A stretch of 64,000 bases of DNA from an uncultured Eubacteriales bacterium (lineage in GTDB: Bacteria > Bacillota > Clostridia > TANB77 > CAG-508): assembly GCA_948443845.1 (NCBI GenBank), contig CAOJUE010000006.1:8720-72719 (forward strand). Reading direction: 5' to 3'. Numbering within the stretch: the stretch's first letter is position 1; each line of letters begins with the position of its first letter. Made by a program: the position numbers and the translations under genes. Below, one piece after another: positions 50,749 through 61,200 of this stretch. The notes under the pieces were generated by a model. That model did no database searches, had not been told where the DNA came from, and saw only the letters and a program-made list of their open reading frames with translations.

Positions 50749-51328
50749 TCACAAAATAATCGGCTCAATCTGTTCCCCTTCCAAAGCGCATTCCAACGTT
50801 TTACTCAAATAGCTAAAATCGCAAACAATCGAACGCGGTTTGGTAATCGGATTATCCTGCTTAAAAGGAATAAAATAATAATTTTTTCGATTAAGTAATC
50901 TGCCAATATTTTCAGCTGCACCGCTCAAACCGTTGTTAGTGCTGATTCCGATGACCACAGGTCTATCATTTCTTAAATGCGATTTGACAGCCATGGTTAC
51001 CGGCGTGTCAATAATATCGTAACTAAGTCTTGCAATAGTGTTTCCGTGAGCAAGGTGCAACGACTAGAATATCAAACATTTTTTGGGGACCAATTGGCTC
51101 GGCATCTGGAATGGTGTGAATAATTGGGTTGCCTGTTAAGGTTTCGATTTCTTCGATAAAATCCTTTGCTTTTCCAAATTTCGTATCCAACTGGTAACTA
51201 TTAAACGACATGATTGGAAAAACATGACAACCTTGTTTCACTAATTTTTCCATTTCTTTGAGTGTTGTTCGAAAGGTGCAAAACGAGCCAGTTAATGCAT
51301 AGCCAATATTTTTTCCTACTAGTTCCAA
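50749..51328 (-). CDS. dpaB: dipicolinate synthase subunit B, two ORFs joined by a +1 frame step at 51046
   Basis: Collinear with B. subtilis SpoVFB (GYALTGSFCT..., APCS|GNTIARL, RNDRPVVIGISTN, YYFIPFKQD). TTG start at 51328 follows AGGAGG. Confidence 0.85.
51043..51046 (-). other. in-frame CGG-A at a +1 frame junction
   Basis: Minus-strand TGC TCA CGG AAA. GGA at 51045-51043 is in the frame of ORF 51060..50749. Confidence 0.6.
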
Positions 51329-51487
51329 AAGATAACCTCCTTTCTTTTAAAATAAGAAATTCTTCTAGAAAAGGTTCCTTGCTATAGTTTATGATGTTAT
51401 GTTAATTTAGTTGTTTGAATTTGAGAAAATCTTAAATCTTTTGTAAGTATAATAAAAAACCAAAAGAACTTATTTTGAGAAAATAGA

Positions 51488-51619
51488 GATAAATGATTAA
51501 AATTTACATAAAATTGATTTTAAGTACCAAACTTTGCGTTTTAAGACTATAAAAAAGTATCTCATCAGAAAAAGTGTTCTTCAGATGACGTATTAGAATG
51601 ACCAAAACAGGCTTTTTTT
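51488..51619 (+). repeat. dispersed intergenic repeat, copy 2
   Basis: GATAAATGATTAAAATTTACATAAAATT...TTAGAATGACCAAAACAGGCTTTTTTT. Roughly three quarters of positions match copy 1 by eye. Confidence 0.6.
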
Positions 51620-51786
51620 GAAGAGAGGATATATAAATCATTCGAAAATTATAAGACTTCTAGAAGTGGGAATTCTAATGAGTTTTAAGGATATTTTAAA
51701 ATAGGCAATACGAAAATTATCAATTTGTATTGAAAAGTTTACTTTTATCGGATAAAATTAAGAAATCTTAAGAAAGGAGAAATGAA

Positions 51787-52356
51787 ATGGACGAATTAAG
51801 TCAAATAGAACAAAGCAATAAGGAATTATTGCAAAAAGCCGTTGAAATAATGAAAACTGTACCAGATTTTAAACATTCACTATCTCATATGGAATCAGTT
51901 GTTCAATATACAAAGGAAATATTGGAAACAGTAGAAGAGGCGAACAAAGAAGTATGCCTAATTTCTGCTTATTGGCATGATGTCGGAAGGAAAATTCAAA
52001 ACGAAGGTCATGCTAAAATCAGTGCAAATATGCTTCAAGAAGAAATGAAAAATCTTGAATATGATGATGAATTGATAAGAAAATGCTATTTAGCCATTTA
52101 CAAACATGGTTGGAAAGAGGAACCTGAAACTTTAGAAGGAGTTATTGTTCGTGATGCGGATAAAATTGATTTTGTGGGAATTGGGAGATGGAAGGAATGC
52201 ATTGAAACCAATTGCAGGTTTCATAAAATTTTAGAATTATTGCCAAGGCTGAGAAAGGATTTGCTAAAATTGGAATGTTCCAAAGAAATTTTTGACCGAG
52301 AAATTGGGAAATTAGTGATTTATTTGCATGGCAGAATTTTTGGAGTTGAAAAATAA
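51787..52356 (+). CDS. HD-domain phosphohydrolase
   Basis: H...HDVGR and DADKIDF motifs, 189 aa. Confidence 0.75.
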   Translation: MDELSQIEQSNKELLQKAVEIMKTVPDFKHSLSHMESVVQYTKEILETVEEANKEVCLISAYWHDVGRKIQNEGHAKISANMLQEEMKNLEYDDELIRKCYLAIYKHGWKEEPETLEGVIVRDADKIDFVGIGRWKECIETNCRFHKILELLPRLRKDLLKLECSKEIFDREIGKLVIYLHGRIFGVEK

Positions 52357-52439
52357 TGGAAAACTTGACAAAGTTATGTAAATATGGTATTATTAAAGTA
52401 GGAATATTTTAGTATTTTCAAGGATAAGGAGGACAGAAT

Positions 52440-53075
52440 ATGAAGAAAAACTATAAATATCAGGTAAAAGCCAATAAGGTTGCCTTTTGTGGGGACGCTG
52501 AGTATTCAAAGCGGAGAGAGGTTTTGAAGAAGGTACACGATATGTTTCGAAACAGCAATATAAAGTGGGGGTTGGCATGGTCTGCAAATTTATTCTTTTG
52601 TGGGATTATCGATAATTTTCATGATTTGGATATTATTGTAGAACCAATATCAATTCCTAGATTGGAGAAGGTACTTCAAAATGCTGGCGTAGAAATTTAC
52701 AGCAAACAAAATGATGAGTGTTTTACGACCTCCATTTTTTGGAAGTGCATGCTAGATGGTTTTCAAATTGACCTTATGTCTGATTTTGGTATGAAAATTA
52801 ATCAGATTAATTGGAGGTATCGCTTTTCTGAGAAGGAAATTTCTTATGTTAATGTGCAGGAGTTAGCGATTCCAATTTTTGCAACAGAAATACAGTACTT
52901 ATTATATGCGATTTTAGAAGATTCATGGCAACCGCAACGGAGACATAAGAGAATTTTGGTTGAAGAATTTCTGCTAAATACAGATTTAAACTGTAAAGTA
53001 GTATTTGAAAGAGCATTGTTAGAAGAACTACCAGAATGGATCAAAAATCACATAAAAGTAATGTTGGAACTCTGA
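52440..53075 (+). CDS. nucleotidyltransferase-fold protein
   Basis: Minimal NTase signature [GS]-x12-D-x-D, seen as WSANLFFCGIIDNFHDLDI. Strong RBS AGGAGG. Contains two in-frame CGG AGA pairs (52512, 52938) in Arg-rich contexts. Confidence 0.6.
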   Translation: MKKNYKYQVKANKVAFCGDAEYSKRREVLKKVHDMFRNSNIKWGLAWSANLFFCGIIDNFHDLDIIVEPISIPRLEKVLQNAGVEIYSKQNDECFTTSIFWKCMLDGFQIDLMSDFGMKINQINWRYRFSEKEISYVNVQELAIPIFATEIQYLLYAILEDSWQPQRRHKRILVEEFLLNTDLNCKVVFERALLEELPEWIKNHIKVMLEL

Positions 53076-53089
53076 AATTGAAAATAGTT

Positions 53090-53116
53090 AGCAAGAGAAA
53101 ATTCTCTTGCTATTTT
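53090..53116 (+). terminator. rho-independent terminator
   Basis: AGCAAGAGA-AAAT-TCTCTTGCT followed by ATTTT. Confidence 0.75.
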
Positions 53117-53191
53117 AATAAAATAGATATAGGTAATATTCTTGCTTTTATTTTTAAGCTATGATATAGTAGAAAATCATAGGAGGAGCGT

Positions 53192-53861
53192 ATGAAACAA
53201 CCTACTTTGAAATTTTTTGGAAACGATTCAGGATTTGGAAACAAAAATAATTCTGCTTATTTTGAGGACAAAGGGGAATTCTTTTTGTTGGATTGTGGCT
53301 TTGCTGTTTTTGGAATCATTAAGGAAAGATTTGATTTTTCCCAATATAAAAATATCAACATTGTTATTACTCATTTGCACAATGACCATGCAGGTTCTTT
53401 GAGTCAAGTAATTATGTACATATGGTTTACATATGGAAAAACAGTCAATGTGATGAGTGCATGTGAAAAAATACAAGAATATTTAGAAATTACTGGAACT
53501 GTGAAAGATGGATATCAAATAAAAAGAGAAAGCGAAAATTTAAAGTTTATCAAAACGCAACATGTCAAGGAAATCGATTGCTATGGGCTAAGGATCTATT
53601 TAGAGGGAAAAAATATTGTTTATACAGGAGATACCAACACATTAGAACCGTTTAAAAAGTACTCGAAAAAGGCAGATGAATTCTATGTTGATGTTTCTAA
53701 AAAAAGTGAGGTTCACTTAAAAATAGATGATGTGTTAAGTCAGCTAGAAGAGCTATCCCAAATGCGGAGTTCGTGTTTTCTTAATGCATGTTGATGATAA
53801 AGTATATATAAACAATCAAATAAAAGGAAAAGAAATTGAAATGATATCAATCGAAGAATGA
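53192..53861 (+). CDS. MBL-fold metallo-hydrolase. Coordinates include a +1 extension after the CGG at 53765.
   Basis: THLHNDH (HxHxDH) and YTGDT motifs. The 0-frame stops at 53794. The +1 frame from GGA 53766 reads GVRVFLMHVDD...EE* and ends at 53861, supplying the family-typical C-terminal L-x-H motif. Confidence 0.7.
53765..53768 (+). other. in-frame CGG-A, candidate +1 site
   Basis: CAA ATG CGG AGT. The +1 frame codon is GGA. Confidence 0.45.
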
Positions 53862-53972
53862 ATTAAAAATTTCCCTTGAAAAATTTCAATAAATGTAATA
53901 TAATAAAAATACCGTACAGGCATGGGGCACCGTGCTCTAACAGAGAAAAAAATAAAAATTTAGGAGGAAAGT

Positions 53973-56900
53973 ATGTCAGTTAAAAGAATTTATGTTCAAA
54001 AAAAATCAGGATTTGATGTAGAACAAACGGATTTGTTAAATGACATCAAAGAAAATCTACAAATTTCGAACTTAGAAAAAATCGTCATTTTAAACCGATA
54101 CGATGTCGAAGGAATCTCTGACGAAGTGTTTGAAAAGGCAAAAGGCACAATTTTTTCCGAGCCACAAGTGGACAATTATTTCGTAGAAGATTATCCAGTC
54201 GATTCAAACGCAAATATATTTGGCGTCGAATTTTTGCCAGGTCAATTTGACCAAAGAGCGTCTTCTTTAGCAGAATGTTTACAAATTCTATCAGGTGGCA
54301 AAAAGCCAATTGCCAAAACCGCAAAAATTTATTTATTATCCGGAAATTTAAAGGACCAAGAAATCGAAAAAATCAAGAAATATATCATCAATCCAGTCGA
54401 TTCAAGAGAATGCTCACTCGAAAAAGTAACTTCTTTAGAAGATAACATGATTGAGCCAGAAGACGTTGCCATTATTGAAGGATTTGTCAATATGACAGAC
54501 GACGACAGCGAAAAATTCTACAAAAAATACGGTTTTGCCATGGATTTAGCCGATTTAAAATTCTGTCAAAAATACTTCAAAGAAACCGAACAGCGCGATC
54601 CTACAATGACCGAAATGAAAATGATTGATACATACTGGTCAGACCACTGTCGACATACTACTTTCCTTACAAAATTAGAAAAAATAGAAATTGAGTGGGA
54701 TTTACTTTCGAAAATTTACGAAGACTATACCAAATCCAGAGAATACGTCTACGAAGGTCGACGCGCCAAAGACGTTTGTCTTATGGACTTAGGAACAATC
54801 GTAGCCAAAGAACTGAAAAAAAGAGGTGTCTTGAAAAACTTAGACGAATCGGAAGAAATCAATGCTTGCAGTTTTCGTGCAGAAATTATGGTTGATGGCG
54901 AGCCAGAGGAATATTTGATTATGTTCAAAAACGAAACCCATAATCATCCAACTGAAATCGAGCCATTTGGTGGAGCGGCAACTTGCCTTGGTGGCTGTAT
55001 CCGTGACCCATTATCTGGAAGAGTGTATGTATACCAAGCAATGCGTATTACAGGTTGTGGGGATCCAAGACAATCGGTTAAAGATACCATGCCAAACAAA
55101 TTACCGCAACGTAAATTAACCAACGAAGCAGCACGTGGTTACAGTTCTTATGGAAACCAAATTGGATTAGCAACAGGACAAGTTGCTGAAATTTATGATA
55201 ATGGCTATTTAGCCAAAAGATTGGAATTAGGAGCCTTAATTGGAGCAGCGCCTAAGAAAAATGTTGTACGTGAACGTCCACAGCCAGGAGATATTGTTGT
55301 TTTACTTGGTGGACGTACAGGGCGTGACGGCTGTGGTGGTGCAACTGGAAGTTCCAAAGCACACACAAGTGAGTCACTTACGACTTGCGGAGCAGAAGTT
55401 CAAAAAGGAAATGCTCCAGAAGAAAGAAAAATTCAAAGATTATTCCGCAATCCAGAAGCAACTGCTTTGATTAAACGCTGTAATGACTTTGGCGCAGGTG
55501 GCGTATCAGTTGCCATTGGTGAGTTAGCAGATGGACTTATCATCAATTTAGATAAAGTTCCGAAAAAATACGAAGGTTTGGACGGAACCGAACTTGCTAT
55601 TTCTGAATCGCAAGAAAGAATGGCAGTTGTTGTAGCCAAAGAAAATGCAGAAAAATTTATTCATTTGGCAGAAACTGAAAATATAGAATCCACGATTGTT
55701 GCAGAAGTTGTAGAAGAGCCACGCGTGAAAATGTATTGGCGTGAAAAATGCATTGTTGACATCAGCCGTGAATTTTTGGATACCAATGGAGATGTCAAAA
55801 AAACCGAAGTTGCTGTGAAAAAGCCAGATTATGAGAAATCGCCATTAAGAACACAGGAAAATCCAAAGGATTTGGAGACTAAATGGAAAGAAACTATTTC
55901 GTCTTTAAATTGTTGTTCTCAAAAAGGATTAGTCGAACGATTTGACAGCACAATCGGTGCAAACACGGTTCTAATGCCATTTGGCGGAAAATATCAATTA
56001 ACACCAAGCGAAGGAATGGTAGCCAGAATTCCAACTTTAAAGGGCTACACCAAAACAGGAACGATTATGACATATGGCTATAACCCAGAAATCGCAAAAT
56101 GGAGTCCATTCCATGGTGCAGTATATAGCATCATTGAATCTGTTACGAAGTTAGTGGCAATTGGTGGAGATTATAAAGAATCTTGGCTAACGCTTCAGGA
56201 ATATTTTGAAAAATTAGGTAGCAATTCGAGCAGATGGGGAAAACCATTTTCTGCATTATTAGGAGCTTATTTGGCACAAGAAAAATTGCAAATTGCGTCC
56301 ATTGGAGGAAAAGACAGTATGTCTGGCTCGTATAATGAATTAGATGTGCCACCAACCGTTGTTTCATTCAGTGTTAGCACGGTGGATATTGAAAAAGTGG
56401 TTTCTAATGAATTCAAAAAAGCAGGTTCAAAAGTTGTGCTATTAAGAAGTAAAATCGATTGTGATGATTTGCCAGATTTTGAAGATTTGAAGGAAAATTA
56501 TGAAATTGTGCATCAATTGATTGAAGAAGGAAAAGTGCTTTCTATTTCAACGGTTCGAAATGGTGGCTTGGCAGATACTTTGACGAAGGCTTGCTTAGGA
56601 AATCAATTGGGCTTAAACGTAACAGCTGATGTGAACTTGTTTGAATTGATGTATGGTTCATTTGTAATAGAGTTAGCTGAGAATGTTGAGAATAGCAAGT
56701 TTATAGATTTAGGAACGACTTGTGATTGTGGGCAAATTGTGATTGGTGATGTAAAAATGCCAATCGAGGAATTGACGAAAGTTTGGCAAGAGCCATTGGA
56801 AAAAGTATTTCCAACCAAAACAAATTTTGTTCAGTCAAGTGTACAAAATATTGTTTCTGATAAAAAATGTTCAATAAAATGTACAAAACCAATTGCAAAA

Positions 56901-57696
56901 CCACGCGTATTTATTCCTGTATTTCCAGGTACAAATTGCGAATATGATTTGACCAAAGCGTTTGAGGACGCAGGAGCGATTGTCCATACGAGTGTATTTA
57001 AAAATATCAAACCAAACGATGTGACAGATTCGATTGAGGAATTTGCAAAACAAATTAGTGAGGCACAAATTATTATGTTGCCAGGTGGATTTAGTGCAGG
57101 AGATGAGCCAGATGGTTCTGGAAAATTTATCGCAACGGTATTTCGAAATCCGAAATTGAAAGATTTAATTCATCGCCATTTATATGAAAACGATGGTTTG
57201 ATGCTAGGAATTTGCAACGGTTTCCAAGCGTTAGTAAAAACAGGCTTATTGCCTTATGGAAAAATTATCGATATGAATGATACGATGCCAACACTTACTT
57301 TCAACCAAATTGCAAGACATCAATCTTGCATGGTGCAAACAAAAGTGACATCGAAAATGTCGCCTTGGTTTAGCAAAGTGGAAGTTCGGAGATGTGTTTA
57401 CGATTCCAGTTTCGCATGGGGAAGGAAGATTTGTTGTGTCAGAAGAAATGTACAAAGAGTTGGTGCAAAATGGGCAAATTGCGACACAGTATGTGGATTT
57501 TGAGGGAAATCCTTCCATGGAAATTAGCTTTAATCCAAATGGTTCTACGTATGCGATTGAGTGCATCACAAGTCCAGATGGAAGAATTATGGGAAAAATG
57601 GGACATTCAGAGAGGTGTTATACCGATATTTATAAAAATATGCCAGGAAATAAGGACCAGAAATTGTTTGAGTCAGGAGTTGCGTATTTTTCATAA
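53973..57696 (+). CDS. purL: phosphoribosylformylglycinamidine synthase (single-chain PurL type), two ORFs joined by a +1 frame step at 57387
   Basis: About 1240 aa in total. DHCRHTTF, NHPTEIEPFGGAATC and a C-terminal glutaminase domain (GICNGFQAL, ...|GDVFTIPVSHGEGRF). Confidence 0.9.
57387..57390 (+). other. in-frame CGG-A at a +1 frame junction
   Basis: GAA GTT CGG AGA. GGA at 57388-57390 is in the frame of ORF 57394..57696. Confidence 0.6.
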
Positions 57697-57709
57697 GTTA
57701 TGAAAATAA

Positions 57710-57741
57710 AATGCAGAAGGACGTTTGTTCTTCTGCATTTA
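57710..57741. terminator. bidirectional terminator between purL and glmS
   Basis: AATGCAGAAG-loop-CTTCTGCATT. Confidence 0.75.
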
Positions 57742-57747
57742 TACGTT

Positions 57748-59587
57748 TTATTCTACGGTAACTGATTTTGCTAAATTTCTTGGTTTATCTACATCCAAGC
57801 CTTTTTGTTTCGTAATCGAATACGCAAACAATTGAAGCGGAATAATGGACAAAATTGGTGATAAAAATGGGTTGGTTTCTGGTATTTTTATCGTTTTATT
57901 AAAATTGGTATGTTCTAAATGTTGATCTGTAATGACAAGTGTTTTGGCACCACGCGTGATGACTTCTTGAATATTGCTAATCGATTTTTCGATTAAATCA
58001 GGAACAGTCAAAATTGAAACCACAAGAGTGTTATTTTCTATTAAGGCAATTGGACCATGTTTTAATTCTCCGCTGTAAAAGGCTTCTGAGTGAATGTAGG
58101 AAATTTCTTTTAGTTTTAAGGAACCTTCTGCTGCTGTATTATAGTCTAAGCCTCTACCAAGGAAAAATACGTCTTTATTTTGATAAAATTCTTTGGCAAA
58201 TTCTGGAATATCTTCGATATGATTTAAAAGTTGTTCTGCTTTGGTTGGTAATTCTAAAATGGATTTTTTTAAGTCAGCCAAAGTTTCTGAATTTTTCTTC
58301 AAAATTTCTGCAAAATAAATCACTAAAATTGCCAATAAAGTAATTTGCGAAGTATAGGCTTTGGTTGAGGCAACAGCGATTTCTGGTCCAGCGTGTGTAT
58401 AACTTACGAAATCGGCTTCACGTGTGATAGAACTTCCTTCAACATTTGTGATGGCAAGTGTTGTGGCGCCTTTTGATTTGGCAAGTTTTAGAGCGGCAAT
58501 GGTATCAGCTGTTTCGCCAGATTGAGAAATAAAAATGCATAATGTATTTTTATTAATCAAAGGATTACGATAGCGAAATTCAGATGCGATATCAACTTCG
58601 GTATTAATTTCACAAATATTTTCTAACATCGTTTTTGCGGTTAATCCTGCATGCATAGCGGTTCCACAGGCTACAATATAAATTTTTTGAATGGAATCTA
58701 AGAAGTCTTTTGAAAAATGCAATTCGTTAAAACTACACGCCTGACCTGCTACTAAATGATTGCCAATGGTTTCGCGGATGGCAGTTGGTTGCTCATAAAT
58801 TTCTTTTAACATAAAATCTTCGTAGCCGTTTTTTTCGGCAGAAGTAGCGTCCCAATCAATTTTGGTGATGTCTTTTTGGATGGGATTTAGGGCGTTATCG
58901 TAAAATTTGATTTCGTTTTGGGTTAAAATGGCAAATTCGTTGTCTTTTAAAAGATAGAAATTGCGCGTAAATTTTAGGTAAGCAGGAATGTCGGAACTAA
59001 TAAAATTTTCGCCATCTCCTTTGCCAATGACAAGAGGACTATCTTTTCGAACAACAATCATTTTATCTGGAAAATGCGTGCAAAGTACGCCAATGGCAAA
59101 ACTTCCCTTTAAACGATGACAAGTTTTGCTTACGGCTCCGCAAAAATGATTTTTCGGTTCTATTTTCTTCTTGTGAGAAATAGTAATGAATTAGGTTTGG
59201 AATCACTTCTGTATCAGTTTCCGATAAAAAGTGATAGCCATTTTCGCTTAAAAATTTTCTTAATTCATGATAATTTTCAATAATGCCATTATGTACAACG
59301 GAAAAAGTATTAGAATTATCGTTATGTGGATGAGAATTTGTAGAAGAAGGTTTTCCGTGTGTTGCCCAACGCGTGTGTGCGATTCCAACGCTTCCTTCTA
59401 AATTTTCTTGATTTGCCAAATCAGATAATTCTTTGACTCTTCCTTTATTTTTTAATGTTTTAAAATGTTCTTTTTCTAAAATGGTAAAACCAGCCGAATC
59501 GTATCCACGGTATTCTAGTTTGGTAAGCCCTTCTATCAAAATGGGTTCTGCTTTTTTATTTCCTATATATCCAACAATGCCACACAT
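57748..59587 (-). CDS. glmS: glutamine--fructose-6-phosphate aminotransferase, two ORFs joined by a +1 frame step at 59140
   Basis: MCGIVGYIG N-terminal nucleophile, GIAHTRWATHG, two SIS domains and C-terminal ...LAKSVTVE. The 0-frame reads TTT TTG CGG AGC, and +1 continues GAVSKTCHRLKGSFAIGVLCTHFPDKMIVVRKDSPLVIG. Confidence 0.9.
59137..59140 (-). other. in-frame CGG-A at a +1 frame junction
   Basis: Minus-strand TTG CGG AGC. GGA at 59139-59137 is in the frame of ORF 59061..57748. Confidence 0.5.
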
Positions 59588-59726
59588 AATATCCTCCTTA
59601 AAAATCTAACTCTTTATATTATATATTATTTTTGTGTTCATTTTGTGAAAATTAGAAAAATTTTTATTGCAATGCTAAATTGGTTATGATATAGTTAAAC
59701 TAAAATGTAAAACAGGGGAGGAAAAT

Positions 59727-61028
59727 ATGATTAAATTTAACTTTGAAAATTCTAGTATCCAAGAAAGGGTATTTCAAGAATATAGTCAGGAAATTGTGAA
59801 AATTCATAAAAGGATACATGAAAATGCCAATAATCAAGACGAATTTTTAGGTTGGGTGGAACTCCCAACGAATTATGACAAACAAGAATTTCAAAGAATT
59901 CAAGAAGCGGCAAGTAAAATTCAAAAGAATTCTGAAGTTTTGGTTGTGATTGGAATTGGTGGTTCGTATTTGGGCGCAAGAGCAGTGATTGATGCGCTAA
60001 CCAATTCATTTTATAATTTACAATCTTCCAAGAAAAGAAAAACACCACAAATTTTGTATGTGGGAAATAATATAAGTCCAGTTTATGTGAATGATTTGTT
60101 GGATTTGATTGCAGACAAAGATTTTTCTGTTAATGTCATTTCAAAATCTGGAACGACGACAGAACCTGCGATTGCGTTCCGCATTTTTAGAGAAGTTTTG
60201 GAAAATAAATATGGACCTAAAGGCGCTCGTGAGAGAATTTTTGTGACAACAGACAAAGAAAAAGGTGCTTTGAAAACCTTATCAAACAAGGAAAAATACG
60301 AAACATTTGTCATTCCAGATAATGTTGGTGGCAGATTTTCAGTTTTAACTGCGGTGGGATTATTGCCAATTGCTGTGGCTAGAATTGATATTGAAAAACT
60401 AATGGCAGGTGCGAAATTGGCGCAAGATAAATATAGCGAGCCAGAAATAAAATATAATGATTGTTATAAATATGCGTTAGTTCGCAATTTGTTGTATCGT
60501 TCTGGCAAAACAATTGAGATTTTGGCAAATTATGAGCCTAAATTGCACTATTTTACCGAATGGTGGAAACAACTTTATGGAGAAAGCGAAGGAAAAGATA
60601 AAAAAGGCATTTTCCCAGCAGGAGTCGATTTAACAACCGATTTGCATTCCATGGGACAATACATTCAAGATGGCGAAAGAAATTTGATGGAAACGGTTTT
60701 AAAAGTCAAAACAAATTCCTCTGAAATCACCATTCAAGCAGATGACCAAAATTTGGATGGACTGAATTATTTAGCAGGAAAAGAAATGGGCTATGTAAAT
60801 GCCAAAGCAATGGAAGGCACGATTCAAGCGCATGTAAATGGAAATGTGCCCAATTTGTTAATCGAAATTGAGCAATTAGAGGAAGAAAATATCGGAGAAT
60901 TGATTTACTTTTTTGAGAAGGCAGTGGCGATGTCAGGTTATTTGCTTGGAGTGAATCCATTTAATCAACCAGGGGTAGAAGAATATAAGAAAAATATGTT
61001 CCGTTTGTTGGAGAAGCCAGGATATTAA
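59727..61028 (+). CDS. pgi: glucose-6-phosphate isomerase
   Basis: 433 aa. [21 protein letters not shown] and [14 protein letters not shown] motifs. Confidence 0.93.
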   Translation: MIKFNFENSSIQERVFQEYSQEIVKIHKRIHENANNQDEFLGWVELPTNYDKQEFQRIQEAASKIQKNSEVLVVIGIGGSYLGARAVIDALTNSFYNLQSSKKRKTPQILYVGNNISPVYVNDLLDLIADKDFSVNVISKSGTTTEPAIAFRIFREVLENKYGPKGARERIFVTTDKEKGALKTLSNKEKYETFVIPDNVGGRFSVLTAVGLLPIAVARIDIEKLMAGAKLAQDKYSEPEIKYNDCYKYALVRNLLYRSGKTIEILANYEPKLHYFTEWWKQLYGESEGKDKKGIFPAGVDLTTDLHSMGQYIQDGERNLMETVLKVKTNSSEITIQADDQNLDGLNYLAGKEMGYVNAKAMEGTIQAHVNGNVPNLLIEIEQLEEENIGELIYFFEKAVAMSGYLLGVNPFNQPGVEEYKKNMFRLLEKPGY

Positions 61029-61035
61029 AATTTAA

Positions 61036-61137
61036 GACGAACTTTACTTTTTACAGAAAATGGAAAAAGGAATTGTTGTATTGGCGGCTTGTTCACATTC
61101 TGGTATTGATAATATCATAGAACAAGCCAAAAAGTAA
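61036..61137 (+). pseudogene. short remnant of an MBL-fold hydrolase gene
   Basis: Open frame ...KGIVVLAACSHSGIDNIIEQAKK* resembles the internal G-x-V-V-x-x-G-C-S-H-x-G-I motif of MBL-fold proteins. Only about 30 codons remain. Confidence 0.35.
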
Positions 61138-61200
61138 CAAAGTACAATAGATGAAGTGATTGAATATTTTTAGGTAATGATTGATGTCTAGTTTATTTGC

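Noticed and set aside
53862-53972. A purine riboswitch upstream of purL, and upstream of purB at 29669-29829.
   Set aside because: The leaders are short and lack the conserved three-way-junction sequences (for example the UAUAAU...CGUGGAUAUGG...CUACCGGG-type core). Only the small GC-rich island reported separately stands out.
59588-59726. A glmS ribozyme in the glmS leader.
   Set aside because: The whole glmS-pgi spacer is only 139 nt, extremely AT-rich, and must hold two divergent promoters. The conserved GC-rich ribozyme core is not present.
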